A stretch of DNA of 64,000 nt from Bacteroidota bacterium (GTDB lineage Bacteria; Bacteroidota; Bacteroidia; Sphingobacteriales; Sphingobacteriaceae). The notes beneath the pieces are model-generated. The model did no database searches, was not told the DNA's origin, and was given only the letters and a program-made list of their open reading frames with translations. The DNA lies in assembly GCA_013287375.1 (NCBI GenBank), contig JABDDX010000004.1, positions 2,449-66,448 of the forward strand, given 5' to 3'. Shown here piece by piece: positions 52,341 through 62,543 of the stretch; within the stretch, counting starts at the first letter, position 1; the number at the start of each line of letters is the position of its first letter. Position numbers and translations under genes: made by a program.

Positions 52341-52910
52341 TTACAAATGCGTATTACTCCTAAACAACTTAATCGCGATAGCCAATAATATTACTCCAAA
52401 AGCTTTACGCAAAATATTGATGCCGGTTTTTCCGAATAGCTTTTCCAGCCATTTTACATTTTTTAGTACGAGGTAAACAAATATGGTGTTCAGCACAATA
52501 CCTACTAATATATCTTGTGTTTGATATTGCGATTTTAGCGATAACAAGGTGGTCATGGTACCGGCACCTGCAATCAGCGGGAACGCTAATGGAACAATAG
52601 ATATTGTTTCAGGCATTTCCTCTTTAAAAAACTTGGCGCCCAATACCATCTCCATTGCTATAATAAATATTACCAACGAACCTGCGATAGCAAATGAGGA
52701 TACATCCAGTCCAATAATGTTTAGTAGTTCGTTACCCGAAAACAAAAAAACCACCATTAATACCAATACCGCAATACTTGCTTTTTCCGACTCGATATGG
52801 CCCGCACGCTGCCGCAACTCAATAATTACAGGGATGGCGCCTAAAATATCAATGATCGCGAAGAGGATCATCGTTACTGATAATATCTCTTTAAATATTA
52901 ATGGATGCAT
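52341..52910 (-). CDS. MarC-family membrane protein
   Basis: LFAIID.LG.IP, FAIAG, IVPLAFPLIAGAG. Confidence 0.92.
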   Translation of the reverse strand: MHPLIFKEILSVTMILFAIIDILGAIPVIIELRQRAGHIESEKASIAVLVLMVVFLFSGNELLNIIGLDVSSFAIAGSLVIFIIAMEMVLGAKFFKEEMPETISIVPLAFPLIAGAGTMTTLLSLKSQYQTQDILVGIVLNTIFVYLVLKNVKWLEKLFGKTGINILRKAFGVILLAIAIKLFRSNTHL

Positions 52911-52914
52911 AACG

Positions 52915-54081
52915 TTAGGATTTACATTTAGCTGTTAACCTAAAAGTAAGCAAAAATGCAATGAGAATATAAAATGCTGACAAAAAGAAAACGCAGTGAA
53001 TAGAAAACATAGTAACCAACCCGGCAGTTATCGGCCCCAATGTTTGCCCTATTGAGGCATACGACTGATTTACCCCCATTACCTCGCCTTGCCTGTTCGA
53101 GGTGTTATTATCCGCGATAATAGCATTCAGCATAGGGTTGCGGATACCGTTAAATAAACCATAAATAATCATCCCTATGCTAAAGGTAATCACCATGCCT
53201 GTAAACCCGGTATAAAACATAGCCACAAAACACGCCGCTGTAGAGAGTAGTAATATCATTGCTTTTGACGATATTACCCGGGTAAAAAATGGCACGCAGA
53301 GTTGCATAATAATACCTGTAGCTGCAAACCCGGTATACAGTAAGCCAATATTGGTATTGCTTAGTTTTAAGTTATCTACACTAAAAGTTTGAAAACCGAT
53401 AATCATGGTAAACTGCGCCATGGTCAGTAAAAAGCCGATAAAAATGGCTGTACCTACAACCGGCATTTTTAAAGTAGTAATTAACGAACTAAAGCTAAAC
53501 CGTTTGGCTTGTACTAAACCCGTTCCCTTCTCTTTTATCCTGGTTTCCTTTAAAAGGAACGCTGAACACAGTGCGCCAATAAGCGCTATAAAGGCAGCAA
53601 AATAAAAAGGCACCTGTGGCCCCAGCTTACTCAATAAACCGCCCACAGCAGGCCCTATTACAAAACCAAAGCCAAAAGCTGAGCTTAGTATACCAAACTT
53701 TTTTGCCCGATCCTTACTGGTTGAGGTGTCGGATATCATCGCTTGCGCTACCGAGACATTGCCTCCTGTTAATCCATCCAATATTCTTGCAGCAAACAAC
53801 ATAATAACGCCCTGCGCGAAGGCAAACATCAAAAACGACAAACAAGTACCAAACAAACTAATAGCCAATAAAGGCTTACGACCAAATTTATCGCTCATTG
53901 AACCCAAAACCGGTGTAGCGAAAAATTGGGCGATACTGAAAGCTGCCGTTAATAAGCCGATAGTTTCATGGTTGATGCCAAACCTTTTGCCATAAGAATA
54001 AAGCAAAGGCACAATGATGCCAAAACCCAGCGAATTAATGATGCATATAAAAACAAGTACGGAGAGTTCTTTATTTTTCAC
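52915..54081 (-). CDS. MFS transporter, DHA1/TetA-like
   Basis: Motif A GSMSDKFGRKP, ARILDG, motif C GFVIGPAVGG. Confidence 0.9.
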   Translation of the reverse strand: MKNKELSVLVFICIINSLGFGIIVPLLYSYGKRFGINHETIGLLTAAFSIAQFFATPVLGSMSDKFGRKPLLAISLFGTCLSFLMFAFAQGVIMLFAARILDGLTGGNVSVAQAMISDTSTSKDRAKKFGILSSAFGFGFVIGPAVGGLLSKLGPQVPFYFAAFIALIGALCSAFLLKETRIKEKGTGLVQAKRFSFSSLITTLKMPVVGTAIFIGFLLTMAQFTMIIGFQTFSVDNLKLSNTNIGLLYTGFAATGIIMQLCVPFFTRVISSKAMILLLSTAACFVAMFYTGFTGMVITFSIGMIIYGLFNGIRNPMLNAIIADNNTSNRQGEVMGVNQSYASIGQTLGPITAGLVTMFSIHCVFFLSAFYILIAFLLTFRLTAKCKS

Positions 54082-54123
54082 TGGTTGTTGTAACGATGAG
54101 GACGGGGTAAAAGTACTTAAAAC

Positions 54124-54154
54124 AAAAAAGGTTCTGAAATTCAGAACCTTTTTT
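54124..54154 (-). terminator. Intrinsic terminator after the amino-acid permease
   Basis: AAAAAAGGTTCTGAA / TTCAGAACCTTTTTT. Confidence 0.8.
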
Positions 54155-54170
54155 AAATGTAATTTATTCG

Positions 54171-55703
54171 TTAAGCCATTGGCGGCTCCGGGTCATGGGG
54201 CAAAACCACTACACCTTTACGTATCAATGAATGTTTTTTACTGTAAGTAAAGTATACAACAAAACCGATAGCCATCCAGATAATTAAACGTAACCAGTTA
54301 AATTCTCCAAGGCCAAGCATCATTAATAAACAAACTACCGCACCCAGGATTGGCACAAACGGCACCCATGGTGTACGGAATGGACGCGGTGTATTAGGAT
54401 CTGATTTTCTCAGGATCATTACACCTATACAAACCAGCATAAATGCAAATAATGTACCTATACTGGTCATATCTCCCACTATATCTCCCGGCACAAACGC
54501 GGCAAAAATCCCTACGAATACCAGGAATATCAGGTTTGATTTATAAGGTGTTTTGAATTTTGGATGCACCTTTGAAAACACAGGAGGCACCAAACCATCT
54601 TTCGACATAGAGAAAAACACCCTTGATTGTCCCAATAACATCACCAATATAACAGATGAGAAACCGAACAAAATAGCTACTGTAACCAATAATGATAACC
54701 AGTGGTAACTGTGCATATAAGTTTCAATGGTATAAGCTACTGAGGCTTCTTTACCGGCAGCCTCAAACTCTTTATAATTAGCAACACCGGTTAATACATG
54801 GCCAAACAATACATATAAAACTGTACAAATAGCTAAGGAAACCAATATACCGATAGGCATATCCCTTTTAGGATTTTTAGCTTCTTGCGCTGCTGTTGAT
54901 ACAGCATCAAAACCAATAAAGGCAAAGAAAACCACACCTGCTGCACTAATTATACCCGATATACCAAACTTCCCGAAGTCGTTCGCGAAATAATCCAGGA
55001 AGCTTTTTTGCCCGTGGAAAAACGCTACCTCACCAGCATTTACAGGTATATATGGCGTATGGTTTATCGGCTTCATAAAGCCCCATCCTATACTGATAAA
55101 CAATACAACAATGGCTACTTTTACAATAACTATAATACCATTCAACGCTGCTGATTCCTGTGTACCGCGTATAAGCACTAAGGATAGGCATACTATAATA
55201 AATAATGCGGGTATGTTAATTAAACCGTGTGCGGTTCCATCTAAAGATGTTTGGAATGGTGAGTGGCACAATTGGTAAGGTATATTAATACCAAAATTAT
55301 TGAGGAGTTTATTGAGATATTCGGACCAGGCGATAGATACGGTGGCAGCGCCTACGGCATATTCCAGTACCAAATCCCATCCTATTATCCAGGCTACCAT
55401 TTCGCCCATTGTAGCGTATGAGTAGGTGTACGCGCTACCTGCAATTGGTATCATGGCGGCAAATTCTGCATAGCATAAACCTGCAAGTCCGCAACCTAAT
55501 GCGGCAAGTATAAATGCTAATGTTACAGATGGACCAGCATGATCTGCGGCTGCAGCAGCGGTTCTTACAAATAATCCGGCACCTATAATGGCGCCGATGC
55601 CCAGGGCAACCAGATTACCTGCTCCTAATGTTCTTTTTAATGTACCCTCGCCTGTTTCAGCGGCTTCTTGTAATAGCTTATCAAGTGGCTTTTTAAATCG
55701 CAT
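54171..55703 (-). CDS. APC-family amino acid permease
   Basis: LGIGAIIGAGLF, CYAEFA..IP.AGSAY, FAFIGFD. Confidence 0.93.
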   Translation of the reverse strand: MRFKKPLDKLLQEAAETGEGTLKRTLGAGNLVALGIGAIIGAGLFVRTAAAAADHAGPSVTLAFILAALGCGLAGLCYAEFAAMIPIAGSAYTYSYATMGEMVAWIIGWDLVLEYAVGAATVSIAWSEYLNKLLNNFGINIPYQLCHSPFQTSLDGTAHGLINIPALFIIVCLSLVLIRGTQESAALNGIIVIVKVAIVVLFISIGWGFMKPINHTPYIPVNAGEVAFFHGQKSFLDYFANDFGKFGISGIISAAGVVFFAFIGFDAVSTAAQEAKNPKRDMPIGILVSLAICTVLYVLFGHVLTGVANYKEFEAAGKEASVAYTIETYMHSYHWLSLLVTVAILFGFSSVILVMLLGQSRVFFSMSKDGLVPPVFSKVHPKFKTPYKSNLIFLVFVGIFAAFVPGDIVGDMTSIGTLFAFMLVCIGVMILRKSDPNTPRPFRTPWVPFVPILGAVVCLLMMLGLGEFNWLRLIIWMAIGFVVYFTYSKKHSLIRKGVVVLPHDPEPPMA

Positions 55704-55907
55704 AAATGTTTAAAATAATTTCGATCAGTTAACTCCCAAACGTAATTATTTTTTTTGATATCTTAAAACGCTGGTTATGCAGTAAATATAGCGTAAAACA
55801 GTCAGTAATTCCCTCTAATTTATATGACAATAAATTTACATGTTTAAACATATAACTAAAAATAACTATCCTACATTTGATTAAAATATTCAAGAACAAA
55901 AAAAAAT

Positions 55908-56483
55908 ATGAAAAAATTAATGCTATTAGCTGCTGCTGTGTTATTTCAAACCGCGGTATTTGCACAAACTACCTGGAAACTTGACAAAGCACACGCGCGC
56001 TTACAATTTACCATCACCCACATGGCTGTATCTGATGTTGACGGCAATTTTAAAGATTTTGACGTAACTATCACCACCACAAAACCTGATTTTAGCGACG
56101 CTAAATTTGATCTTACTGCAAATGCAGCCTCTATCAACACCGGAAATGATATGCGCGATGGCGATTTAAAATCAGATCATTTCTTTAACGTTGCTGTTAA
56201 CCCAACGCTTACTTTCACCAGCACCCGTATTGTTAAAACAACAGCCAATCACTACAAATTAAGCGGTAATTTAACTATGCACGGCATAACCAAACTAGTA
56301 ACGCTTGACCTTTGGTACCGTGGAACTATCGTGAACCCAATGAGCAAAGCTAACGATGCAGGTTTCCAATTAACCGGAACCATTAGCCGTGCAGCATTTA
56401 ACATTGGCGGTATGTATCCAAATGCTATCCTGAGCGATGACGTTGCCATTAAAGCTGATGGTGAATTTGCAGTAGCAAAATAA
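55908..56483 (+). CDS. YceI-family lipid/polyisoprenoid-binding protein
   Basis: Signal VFA|Q; WKLDKAH, SINTGN.MRD.DLKS..FF, GNLTMHGITK. Confidence 0.92.
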   Translation: MKKLMLLAAAVLFQTAVFAQTTWKLDKAHARLQFTITHMAVSDVDGNFKDFDVTITTTKPDFSDAKFDLTANAASINTGNDMRDGDLKSDHFFNVAVNPTLTFTSTRIVKTTANHYKLSGNLTMHGITKLVTLDLWYRGTIVNPMSKANDAGFQLTGTISRAAFNIGGMYPNAILSDDVAIKADGEFAVAK

Positions 56484-56502
56484 GCCCCCTCAAATATGTT
56501 TG

Positions 56503-56535
56503 AAAGCGCCGTGGTATTAACCCGGCGCTTTTTTT
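56503..56535 (+). terminator. Intrinsic terminator
   Basis: AAAGCGCCG / CGGCGCTTTTTTTT. Confidence 0.8.
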
Positions 56536-56661
56536 ATTTACTGAATTATGCGTAAAAGTGGTACTAAATATTGCTTATTTGCACTATTTATTTATACTTT
56601 GCCTTAGCAATTCCATTTTGCGTTTTTATAGATTTTCATCACCAATTAATTTAATAATAGT

Positions 56662-57834
56662 TTGAAAAATTCACCGCTAAAAAGCCAGATAATTAAACAT
56701 CTTTATTTTGATAAAGGACTATCATGTGCCGAATTAAGCGAGATATTGGATAAAAGCCTTCCTTCAACCGCAAAGGCCATTGCTGAATTGATTGAAGATG
56801 GCTTGGTAATGGAAGATGGCTACGCCCGCTCAAGCGGTGGCCGAAGGCCGCAGGTATACTCTATAAAAGGAGATGCCATGTATATTTTAACGGTGGCCAT
56901 GGATCAATTTACAACCCGTATCCAGCTAACCGATTTACTTAATAATTCGGTTGGCGATATGATGGTGGTTGAGTTGCAGTTAATGGATAACCCCGACGCA
57001 TTGCCTAAACTAATATCCTACATAAACCAGTACGTAAAAAGTACCGGTATCCCTAAAGATAAATTTGCCGGCATAGGCATAGGAATGCCTGGCTTTATTA
57101 ATGTAATTGAAGGCGTAAACTATACCCACCTTGATGCCGGTGGTGAAAGCTTAACCCATTTATTAACACAAGAAACTGGTATACCAACTTGCATCGATAA
57201 CGACTCAAGCCTTATTGCCCTTGCTGAACAGCGCTTTGGGATAGCAAAAAACCGTAAAGATGTTATGGTGATTAATCTGGGTTGGGGTATAGGACTGGGA
57301 ATGATTGTGAACGATGACTTATATCGTGGGCATAATGGTTTTGCCGGTGAGTTTAGCCACATCCCTATATCCGACAGCAACGCGTTGTGCAGTTGCGGTA
57401 AACGTGGTTGTTTAGAAATTGAAGCATCCTTGCTGGTTGTTGTACAAAAGGCTATAGAAGGTATAAAAGAAGGCCGTGTATCATCTTTAAAATATACTGA
57501 GGAGAATCATCCAAAGTTGGTTGGCGATGCGATTATGGAAGCTGCAAATGCAGGTGATCAGTTTGCTATAGAACTACTATCAGATTCTGGTTATAAAATA
57601 GGTAAAGCACTGGCTATCCTTATCCACATTATGAACCCGGCAAGTATTGTGCTAAGCGGCCGTGGTGCTATAGTGGGTAAAATATTATTGGCGCCAATAC
57701 AGCAAGCCTTAAATAAATATTGCATCCCTCGTTTGGTAGCGAGTACTGAGCTACTAATATCAGAACTCGGTTTTGATGCCGAATTGATAGGAGCAGCTAT
57801 TTTGGTTATGGAAAGTTTAGTTTGCGATCAGTAA
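56662..57834 (+). CDS. ROK-family transcriptional regulator
   Basis: N-terminal HTH, SSGGRRP, IDND, GWGIGLG, GEFSH, CSCGKRGCLE. Confidence 0.93.
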   Translation: MKNSPLKSQIIKHLYFDKGLSCAELSEILDKSLPSTAKAIAELIEDGLVMEDGYARSSGGRRPQVYSIKGDAMYILTVAMDQFTTRIQLTDLLNNSVGDMMVVELQLMDNPDALPKLISYINQYVKSTGIPKDKFAGIGIGMPGFINVIEGVNYTHLDAGGESLTHLLTQETGIPTCIDNDSSLIALAEQRFGIAKNRKDVMVINLGWGIGLGMIVNDDLYRGHNGFAGEFSHIPISDSNALCSCGKRGCLEIEASLLVVVQKAIEGIKEGRVSSLKYTEENHPKLVGDAIMEAANAGDQFAIELLSDSGYKIGKALAILIHIMNPASIVLSGRGAIVGKILLAPIQQALNKYCIPRLVASTELLISELGFDAELIGAAILVMESLVCDQ

Positions 57835-57891
57835 GAATTGATAAGCCGTAAGACATTCTTGAACCAAGAATAGGTTTTGTTTTGAGACCTC

Positions 57892-58044
57892 AGAAGCTAT
57901 CTAGAAACGATTGAAAGTTTTTATATAAAAAAAGTGAGTCTCATTGTTGTAAGCGCATCGTGTCAATCCCCCACTTTGCAAGGTGGCTTTTCTACGTGCG
58001 ATTGCTTCGTTTCTCGCAATGATATAGTTTTTTAGACAGCTTCT
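57892..58044. repeat. Nested element: AGAAGCT.TCTA terminal inverted repeats around a decayed GTCAT-family palindrome
   Basis: AGAAGCTATCTAGAAA (57892) / TTTTTAGACAGCTTCT (ends 58044); inner ACTTTGCA.G..GGCTTTTCTACGTG.GATT shared with 41802-41886. Confidence 0.65.
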
Positions 58045-58112
58045 CAGTTGACACAAGAGCTAAATTAAATTGGTTAAACTTAATATAGGTGTAACCAATC
58101 ATAAAAAACAGC

Positions 58113-58451
58113 TTACCTTATTATACTGATTTTACTTATTTTTTCGTTTTCAACTTCAAAAACAATTACCTGTTCCGTTTTTTGATCGCTGCCGTTTCTT
58201 CCAAAAATAAATTCATGAACAATGGCTTTGTTCTCAAAAATAATTGTGTTTATAATCTCCGCATAAAGCTTCGAGGAATGTTTGAATAAATCCGAATACA
58301 TTTTTTCACATTCTTCAAAACCATCAACTAAGATTTTATTATCTGAGAAACTAATTATTTTAATGTCATTATTAAATACAGCCATCATGCTTTCAATATC
58401 TCTATTATCAAAAGCCTGCATTTGTTTTTCTACAACTTGTTCTATGGTCAT
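58113..58451 (-). CDS. SnoaL-like / NTF2-family protein
   Basis: VVEKQMQAFDNRDIE, IVHE, FEVENEKI. Confidence 0.8.
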   Translation of the reverse strand: MTIEQVVEKQMQAFDNRDIESMMAVFNNDIKIISFSDNKILVDGFEECEKMYSDLFKHSSKLYAEIINTIIFENKAIVHEFIFGRNGSDQKTEQVIVFEVENEKISKISIIR

Positions 58452-58534
58452 ATTATTAATTTGCTTGAACTTTTATTATTGCGTTCTCAGCAATCTTGGT
58501 TGTTACAACAAAACGGTTTAACTAATTATAATCA

Positions 58535-59179
58535 CTAAAGTATTTCCAGCAGATCGGTAAAATGCTCAATAGTGGCTATTTGTCCTTCCTCTACCTTACC
58601 AAAACCATAAGCGGCAAAAATAAAAGGTACACCTGCTTTGTGCGCACTGGTAAAATCGCCCATAGTATCGCCAACATAAACCGGGGTCTTAAGTTGATGA
58701 TCATTAACAATGTCCATGATATTTTCAGCCTTTGGTGCATTCTTAGTACCGTAGCATTGATGCCCCAAAAAGTAATGTCCAAGCTGACTAAAATTCAAAA
58801 ACGTCTCGATGTAATTACTCTGGCAATTGCTTACGATGAATAACTTGTATTTAGTTTGAAGTTCTTGTAATACAAACTCAAGCTGCGGATAAAGCTCACC
58901 ACCCTTTTCATCCAGCATTTCAATCTCATATTTGGCGGCTATAGCCTTAAACTCTTCACGTTGATTTTCATCAAGTTCCGGCAATAAAACCTCAAATATG
59001 GCTTTGTAAGTCATACCGGTAATGCTACGGATAGTATCTACTGTAAATTCCTTTTGCACATAGTCAACTTGTTGTTCGGCTTTCTGCCATGCTGCAGCCA
59101 CATTAGCGGTACTATCCCAAAGTGTGCCGTCAAGATCAAAAATTATACTGTCGAATTTATTTTTTAGTGAGATACTCAT
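58535..59179 (-). CDS. HAD-family hydrolase (phosphoglycolate phosphatase-like)
   Basis: FDLDGTLWDS, IVSN, YVGDT.GD. Confidence 0.92.
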   Translation of the reverse strand: MSISLKNKFDSIIFDLDGTLWDSTANVAAAWQKAEQQVDYVQKEFTVDTIRSITGMTYKAIFEVLLPELDENQREEFKAIAAKYEIEMLDEKGGELYPQLEFVLQELQTKYKLFIVSNCQSNYIETFLNFSQLGHYFLGHQCYGTKNAPKAENIMDIVNDHQLKTPVYVGDTMGDFTSAHKAGVPFIFAAYGFGKVEEGQIATIEHFTDLLEIL

Positions 59180-59281
59180 AGCCGCAAAAATAGATTTTTA
59201 CCGGCGGGATTGTGTTAAATTATGGTAAATAACCTCAGATAAGTAAAAATAATCTCTAATTTTTGGAAACATCAACAATCA

Positions 59282-59297
59282 ATCGTAATATTGCGAT
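59282..59297 (+). promoter_or_regulatory. Putative ArsR operator 1
   Basis: Palindrome ATCGTAATATTGCGAT, 6 nt before the arsR ATG. Confidence 0.7.
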
Positions 59298-59303
59298 ACA
59301 AAT

Positions 59304-59633
59304 ATGGGAACTACTAAAACTGAAATATTTACTGAAGAACAAAACAAGTTGGCGCTAATGCTTAAAGCCATGGCACACCCGGCACGTATTGCCATTCTGC
59401 AACATATAATAAGTGCCAATGCCTGTATTTGCGGAGATTTAGTTGAAGAACTAGGGCTGGCACAAGCAACCATATCACAACATTTAAAGGAACTTAAAAA
59501 CGCGGGCCTAATACAAGGCACCATTGAAGGTGTAAGCGTTTGTTACTGTATCGAACCCACAGCATGGGCAATGTTGAATAAAGAATTAGCTGATTTCTTC
59601 GGAGCATATAATAATCCCAAAATCTGCTGTTAA
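59304..59633 (+). CDS. arsR: ArsR/SmtB-family repressor
   Basis: KAMAHPARIAI, CICGDL, LAQATISQHLKELK; C-terminal CC. Confidence 0.93.
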   Translation: MGTTKTEIFTEEQNKLALMLKAMAHPARIAILQHIISANACICGDLVEELGLAQATISQHLKELKNAGLIQGTIEGVSVCYCIEPTAWAMLNKELADFFGAYNNPKICC

Positions 59634-59651
59634 AAAAATTTGATTTAATTC

Positions 59652-59667
59652 ATCGTAATATTACAAT
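59652..59667 (+). promoter_or_regulatory. Putative ArsR operator 2 (internal to the operon)
   Basis: ATCGTAATATTACAAT, 14/16 identical to operator 1. Confidence 0.6.
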
Positions 59668-59679
59668 TAAACAAAAAAA

Positions 59680-60204
59680 ATGAACACTACCCAAACAATA
59701 AACTGGCAAACATTTAAGGATACATTAATACAAAACCCTGAGTTGAACCTGCAATTTAAGTATGCGGAGAATAAACTGGTTGATGCGTCCTATCACATCA
59801 CCGAAATTAAACAAGCACCTATCACATCGGTTGATTGCGGTGGGGTACTAAGTAGCTGGACAGAAATAGTTGTTCAATTATGGGAGCCAATTGGCCAGCA
59901 GCAACGTAAACCCATGAAAGCTAAAAAGGCTTTAACAATTATTGATGTTGTGGAGCAAAAATTAAAATTAGCACCCGATGGTATCGTGAAAATTGAATTT
60001 GGCAACGCTGATTTTGATACCCGTCAAATGTTTCCGAATAAGATCATAATAGATGGCGACGACCTGGTTATTGACCTGCGCCCGGATGCCGTGCAATGCA
60101 AAGCCATTAACCGTGGCGATACCTGCGGCACCGATAAACCAAAAGTAGAATTAAAAAACATGGCAGGGGTAAATAGCTGCACACCAGGATCAGGATGTTG
60201 CTAA
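59680..60204 (+). CDS. DUF6428-type protein of Bacteroidetes ars operons
   Basis: YHITEIK....VDCGG...W..V.QLW; C-terminal CTPGSGCC. Confidence 0.75.
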   Translation: MNTTQTINWQTFKDTLIQNPELNLQFKYAENKLVDASYHITEIKQAPITSVDCGGVLSSWTEIVVQLWEPIGQQQRKPMKAKKALTIIDVVEQKLKLAPDGIVKIEFGNADFDTRQMFPNKIIIDGDDLVIDLRPDAVQCKAINRGDTCGTDKPKVELKNMAGVNSCTPGSGCC

Positions 60205-60215
60205 TTAACACATAG

Positions 60216-60632
60216 ATGAAAAACATATTAGTACTATGCACCGGCAATAGTTGCCGCAGTCAGATAGCCGAGGGTTATTTAAGGCACTTCGCAAACAACA
60301 AAGCAAACATTTACAGCGCCGGGATAGAAACCCATGGCGTTAACCCAAAAGCTATACAGGTGATGGCGGAGGATGGCATAGATATATCCAAACATACCTC
60401 CAACAACATTGATGAATACATGGATATTCCATTCGACTTTGTAATAACCGTTTGTGATAATGCCAAAGAGAATTGCCCTTATTTCCCAACCAAAGCACAA
60501 CGCTTTCATCAAAACTTCCCGGATCCGGCAAAAGCTACCGGCGATTTAAACACGGTAATGAACGAGTTTAGAAGCGTACGGGATATGATAAAAGCATACT
60601 CCGAAAGTTTCATAAATGAACATTTATCATAA
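60216..60632 (+). CDS. arsC: Arsenate reductase, thioredoxin-coupled LMWPTP type
   Basis: [28 protein letters not shown]. Confidence 0.93.
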   Translation: MKNILVLCTGNSCRSQIAEGYLRHFANNKANIYSAGIETHGVNPKAIQVMAEDGIDISKHTSNNIDEYMDIPFDFVITVCDNAKENCPYFPTKAQRFHQNFPDPAKATGDLNTVMNEFRSVRDMIKAYSESFINEHLS

Positions 60633-60636
60633 CCCA

Positions 60637-61701
60637 ATGAGCGCAAACAACTGCAATCCAACCCAACGAAAAAAGCTATCTTTTTTAGACAGTTACCTAA
60701 CCCTATGGATCTTTATAGCAATGGGTGCGGGTATTGCCCTGGGTTATTTCATACCATCGGCACCAGCCTTTATCAATTCGTACTCCAGCGGAACAACCAA
60801 TATCCCATTAGCTATCGGCTTAATATTGATGCTATATCCGCCGTTGGCTAAAGTGAGTTATGAAACTATTGGCAAAGTGTTCAGCAACCTCAAAATATTA
60901 GGCGCATCCCTCCTGCTCAATTGGATCATCGGACCAATACTGATGTTTGCACTGGCAATAATATTCCTGCATAATTATCCGCAATATATGATCGGGCTTA
61001 TTCTCATAGGCATTGCCCGCTGCATAGCCATGGTATTGGTATGGAACGAACTTGCTGACGGCAACCGCGAATACGCCGCAGGCTTGGTAGCCATCAACAG
61101 CATTTTCCAGGTATTGCTTTACAGTGTATATGCCTGGTTATTTATTACCATACTTCTACCACTTTTTGGGTTCAAAGGCTCCGAGATCAATATTACCATT
61201 GGCGCGATTGCGAAGTCGGTGGCCGTGTATTTGGGAATACCGTTTATTGCAGGTTTTAGTAGCCGATACCTATTAATAAAAGCAAAAGGCAAAGATTGGT
61301 ATCAGCAGAAATTCATTCCTTTTATATCGCCCATCACATTGGTTGCCTTGTTGTTTACAATCATTGTAATGTTCAGCCTTAAAGGAAAGCTGATTGTGGC
61401 TATTCCTTTTGATGTATTGCGGATTGCCTTGCCATTGGTAGTTTATTTTGCCATTATGTTTTTGGCTAGTTTCTTTTTAGGCAGATACCTTGGCGCTGAT
61501 TATTCGCAAAATGCCGCCATATCCTTTACCGCCGCAGGCAATAATTTTGAATTAGCTATTGCTGTCGCGATAGGTGTATTCGGCATAAATAGCGGACAGG
61601 CATTTGTAGGTGTAATAGGCCCGTTGGTTGAAGTGCCTGTTTTAATAGCATTGGTGAATGTGGCTTTTTGGTTGAAAAGAAGATTTTATCCAGCAAATTA
61701 A
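60637..61701 (+). CDS. acr3: ACR3-family arsenite efflux transporter
   Basis: [40 protein letters not shown]; ATG at 60637. Confidence 0.95.
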   Translation: MSANNCNPTQRKKLSFLDSYLTLWIFIAMGAGIALGYFIPSAPAFINSYSSGTTNIPLAIGLILMLYPPLAKVSYETIGKVFSNLKILGASLLLNWIIGPILMFALAIIFLHNYPQYMIGLILIGIARCIAMVLVWNELADGNREYAAGLVAINSIFQVLLYSVYAWLFITILLPLFGFKGSEINITIGAIAKSVAVYLGIPFIAGFSSRYLLIKAKGKDWYQQKFIPFISPITLVALLFTIIVMFSLKGKLIVAIPFDVLRIALPLVVYFAIMFLASFFLGRYLGADYSQNAAISFTAAGNNFELAIAVAIGVFGINSGQAFVGVIGPLVEVPVLIALVNVAFWLKRRFYPAN

Positions 61702-61707
61702 ACCCAC

Positions 61708-61737
61708 AAAAAAGGGCAGGTATAAAACCTGCCCTTC
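61708..61737. terminator. Terminator between convergent acr3 and phoU
   Basis: AAGGGCAGGT / ACCTGCCCTT stem; U-tract on the minus strand. Confidence 0.8.
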
Positions 61738-61768
61738 TAAAAATCAAATCAAACTTATTTCAACTAAC

Positions 61769-62461
61769 CTATTGTTGCTCTTCATCAGCCAAACCTTCGC
61801 GGCTGCTCTCATAATGTTTAAGGATCTTGGCCTCAACATAAAAAATAATTTCTTCTGCTATATTTTTTGATTGGTCGCCTACCCGCTCCAGTTTACGGAT
61901 GATGGATAAAATATAAAGCGCCTCAGGCAAACTATCTATGTCGCCTTTTATAACTTCGGCAACAGTTATTGGTGCGGCATCATTAATATTATCTAACACA
62001 TCGTCACGTTTAAATATGCTACGTGCCAATACCGTATCTTCTTTTTCAAAAGCGGTACGGGTGTCAATCAATATATTCACAGCTTCTTCATACATGCGGA
62101 TCATAGAAGTGCTTTCCATAGCCGCCTGATCAAAATTAACCGATGAATCAACCACATACTTAGCTATACCGGCAGCAATATCGCCAATACGCTCTAAGTT
62201 GGTATTGATCTTTAAGGCTGCTAATAAAAACCTAAGGTCGATTGCTACCGGGCAATGTAACGCGAAGATATTTTCGCAATCCCTATCAATCTTTAACTCA
62301 AAAGAGTTTACTCTTTTTTCTTTTATCAAAACTTCACGAGCCAGATCCTTATCAAACTGAATCATGGCTTCCTTAGCCTTGTTTAATTGCGACTGTACCA
62401 ATATCCACATACTGATAAGTTCTTTTTTTAGCGCGTTTATCTCAATTTCTAATGGTGTCAT
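61769..62461 (-). CDS. phoU: Phosphate signalling protein PhoU
   Basis: PVAIDLR, LERIGD and LERVGD; start taken at MTPLEIE. Confidence 0.93.
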   Translation of the reverse strand: MTPLEIEINALKKELISMWILVQSQLNKAKEAMIQFDKDLAREVLIKEKRVNSFELKIDRDCENIFALHCPVAIDLRFLLAALKINTNLERIGDIAAGIAKYVVDSSVNFDQAAMESTSMIRMYEEAVNILIDTRTAFEKEDTVLARSIFKRDDVLDNINDAAPITVAEVIKGDIDSLPEALYILSIIRKLERVGDQSKNIAEEIIFYVEAKILKHYESSREGLADEEQQ

Positions 62462-62543
62462 ATAATTTAAAATTAAAAAGTCAAAAGTCAAAAGTGATAA
62501 AGATTTCAACTAATCTCCAACCACTAACCTCTAATCACTACTA

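Noticed and set aside
52915-54081. Tetracycline resistance gene
   Set aside because: Only generic DHA1 MFS motifs are present, with no adjacent divergent tetR or mobile context; the substrate cannot be assigned
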